A DNA stretch of 63,962 nt, filler included, from Choristocarpus tenellus KU-1152 (lineage: Eukaryota; Protista; Phaeophyceae), in the NCBI GenBank assembly GCA_964200185.2. It is 11 parts of 11 records of this genome, joined end to end, with 100 filler letters (N's around TTAATTAATTAA, not from the genome) between each part and the next. Parts side by side here need not be neighbours in the genome. Positions count along the whole stretch, not along the records: positions 58,255 to 63,962 come from CAXNAD020009952.1; 10 more parts are not named here. One strand, given 5' to 3'. How positions within the stretch are numbered: position 1 is the first letter of the stretch; every line of letters starts with the position of its first letter. The position numbers and the translations under genes are program-made. The notes under the pieces were generated by a model. That model was not told where the DNA came from. It worked only from the letters and a program-made list of their open reading frames with translations, and made no database searches. Below, piece after piece: positions 62,963-63,962 of the stretch.

Positions 62963-63962
62963 AGCTCATCAGTCCATAAATGTACTGCCTGACTCCTCGT
63001 TGGTATCTTTCATGTTGTTGATGGCACTACTGATATAGGGGATGCCTTGGCGATGCAACTCCTCCACCTATATTGTTTCTGCCTCACCTCCTGCTGTACA
63101 CAGGCATGCTTTACCTCCACTCTCATATCAAAACCCAAATACCCTTCTGACTGGAGTTGTTGAAATCCATGCCCCGTTAACTTGAAACCTCATTCATCTC
63201 TTGTTCCTCATATTCATAAGATTTGCTCTCAGGAGTGCCATAGTAGGATAGATTGGACTTGGGATTGTTGTCACGGTGCAGTTCGTTACTGTACAGCAAA
63301 CCCAAGTTTGATTTGATGATCAGATAGCCGATCAGGCACCCCCAATCAGTTGACTCTTTCTTCTCTCACAAGCACCGATGACCGTTCCCAGTGGGATGGA
63401 ATCGTTGTATTTCCAGGCAAGACAAAGCACCATCTGTCTCTTCTGTGTTTGTTGGGTCTATTGAAGTCCTTTTCTTAGGAGACCCCTTGCCTGAAACATG
63501 CAGAAGCAGGGCTCTTATTGATACTACAGCAGAAAATCAATGCAAGGCACTCAGGCACAGCCTGCTTGAGAGGCACTTAGTCATGTGAAACTTTTCCTGC
63601 CCATAGCCTCTCCAAATGCATATTCTACTCACTAAAATGTCTCCTTTGAGGTCAGCACGTTTGTGGACAAGTAAGTGAATGCAAAGAGGTACTATCGGAG
63701 GGAACAGTGTTACCACACAGCAATAATATGGTGGAACATTTCACATATTGCTCCAAACTTCCTATCATAAACACTTTCGAACAGGGAAGAGTTCAGTTTT
63801 CGGGCAACATGCAAAATGATCCCTTTGTGCAAATTACCTTGGGAGGTAATGCTATTTCTCAGTAGTGAAGATAAGAGAGTGTGAAGCCTCACACGACCCC
63901 CTTTGCTGAATGTGAAAAAGGAATGGATGGTTGAAATTTAGAAGAGTGACCTTTGTGGGGTG

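Overview
Eukaryotic nuclear DNA, not one contiguous locus: 11 short contigs (about 2.7-10.6 kb) are joined by artificial 100-bp spacers (N44-TTAATTAATTAA-N44), so adjacency across spacers has no biological meaning. Long GT-AG introns, scattered TTAGGG repeats and three genes with signal peptide plus ASAFAP-like plastid presequences point to a photosynthetic stramenopile, probably a brown alga or close relative (inference). Manually spliced genes: OSCP1 (3' part), SmD1 (complete), a PPR protein (2 exons), a formylglycine-generating enzyme/SUMF (5' part), NDUFA6 (complete), DCAF7/WDR68 (5' part), a plastid-targeted AT-hook plus CarD/TRCF-domain protein (5' part), a CLC chloride/proton antiporter (5' part) and several genes of unknown function. 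Repeats: two related MITE families with 4-bp target-site duplications (Sola-like), a solo LTR nested in a MITE, decayed transposase and retroelement relics, minisatellites and an interstitial telomeric tract. The most notable oddities are an AT-rich Rickettsiaceae-like murD fragment inside a host intron, the AT-hook/acidic/CarD-TRCF plastid protein, and a CCA-bearing tRNA-Ser 3' half next to an LTR-like segment. I found no convincing multi-gene novel system. All family assignments come from recalled motifs, not database searches.
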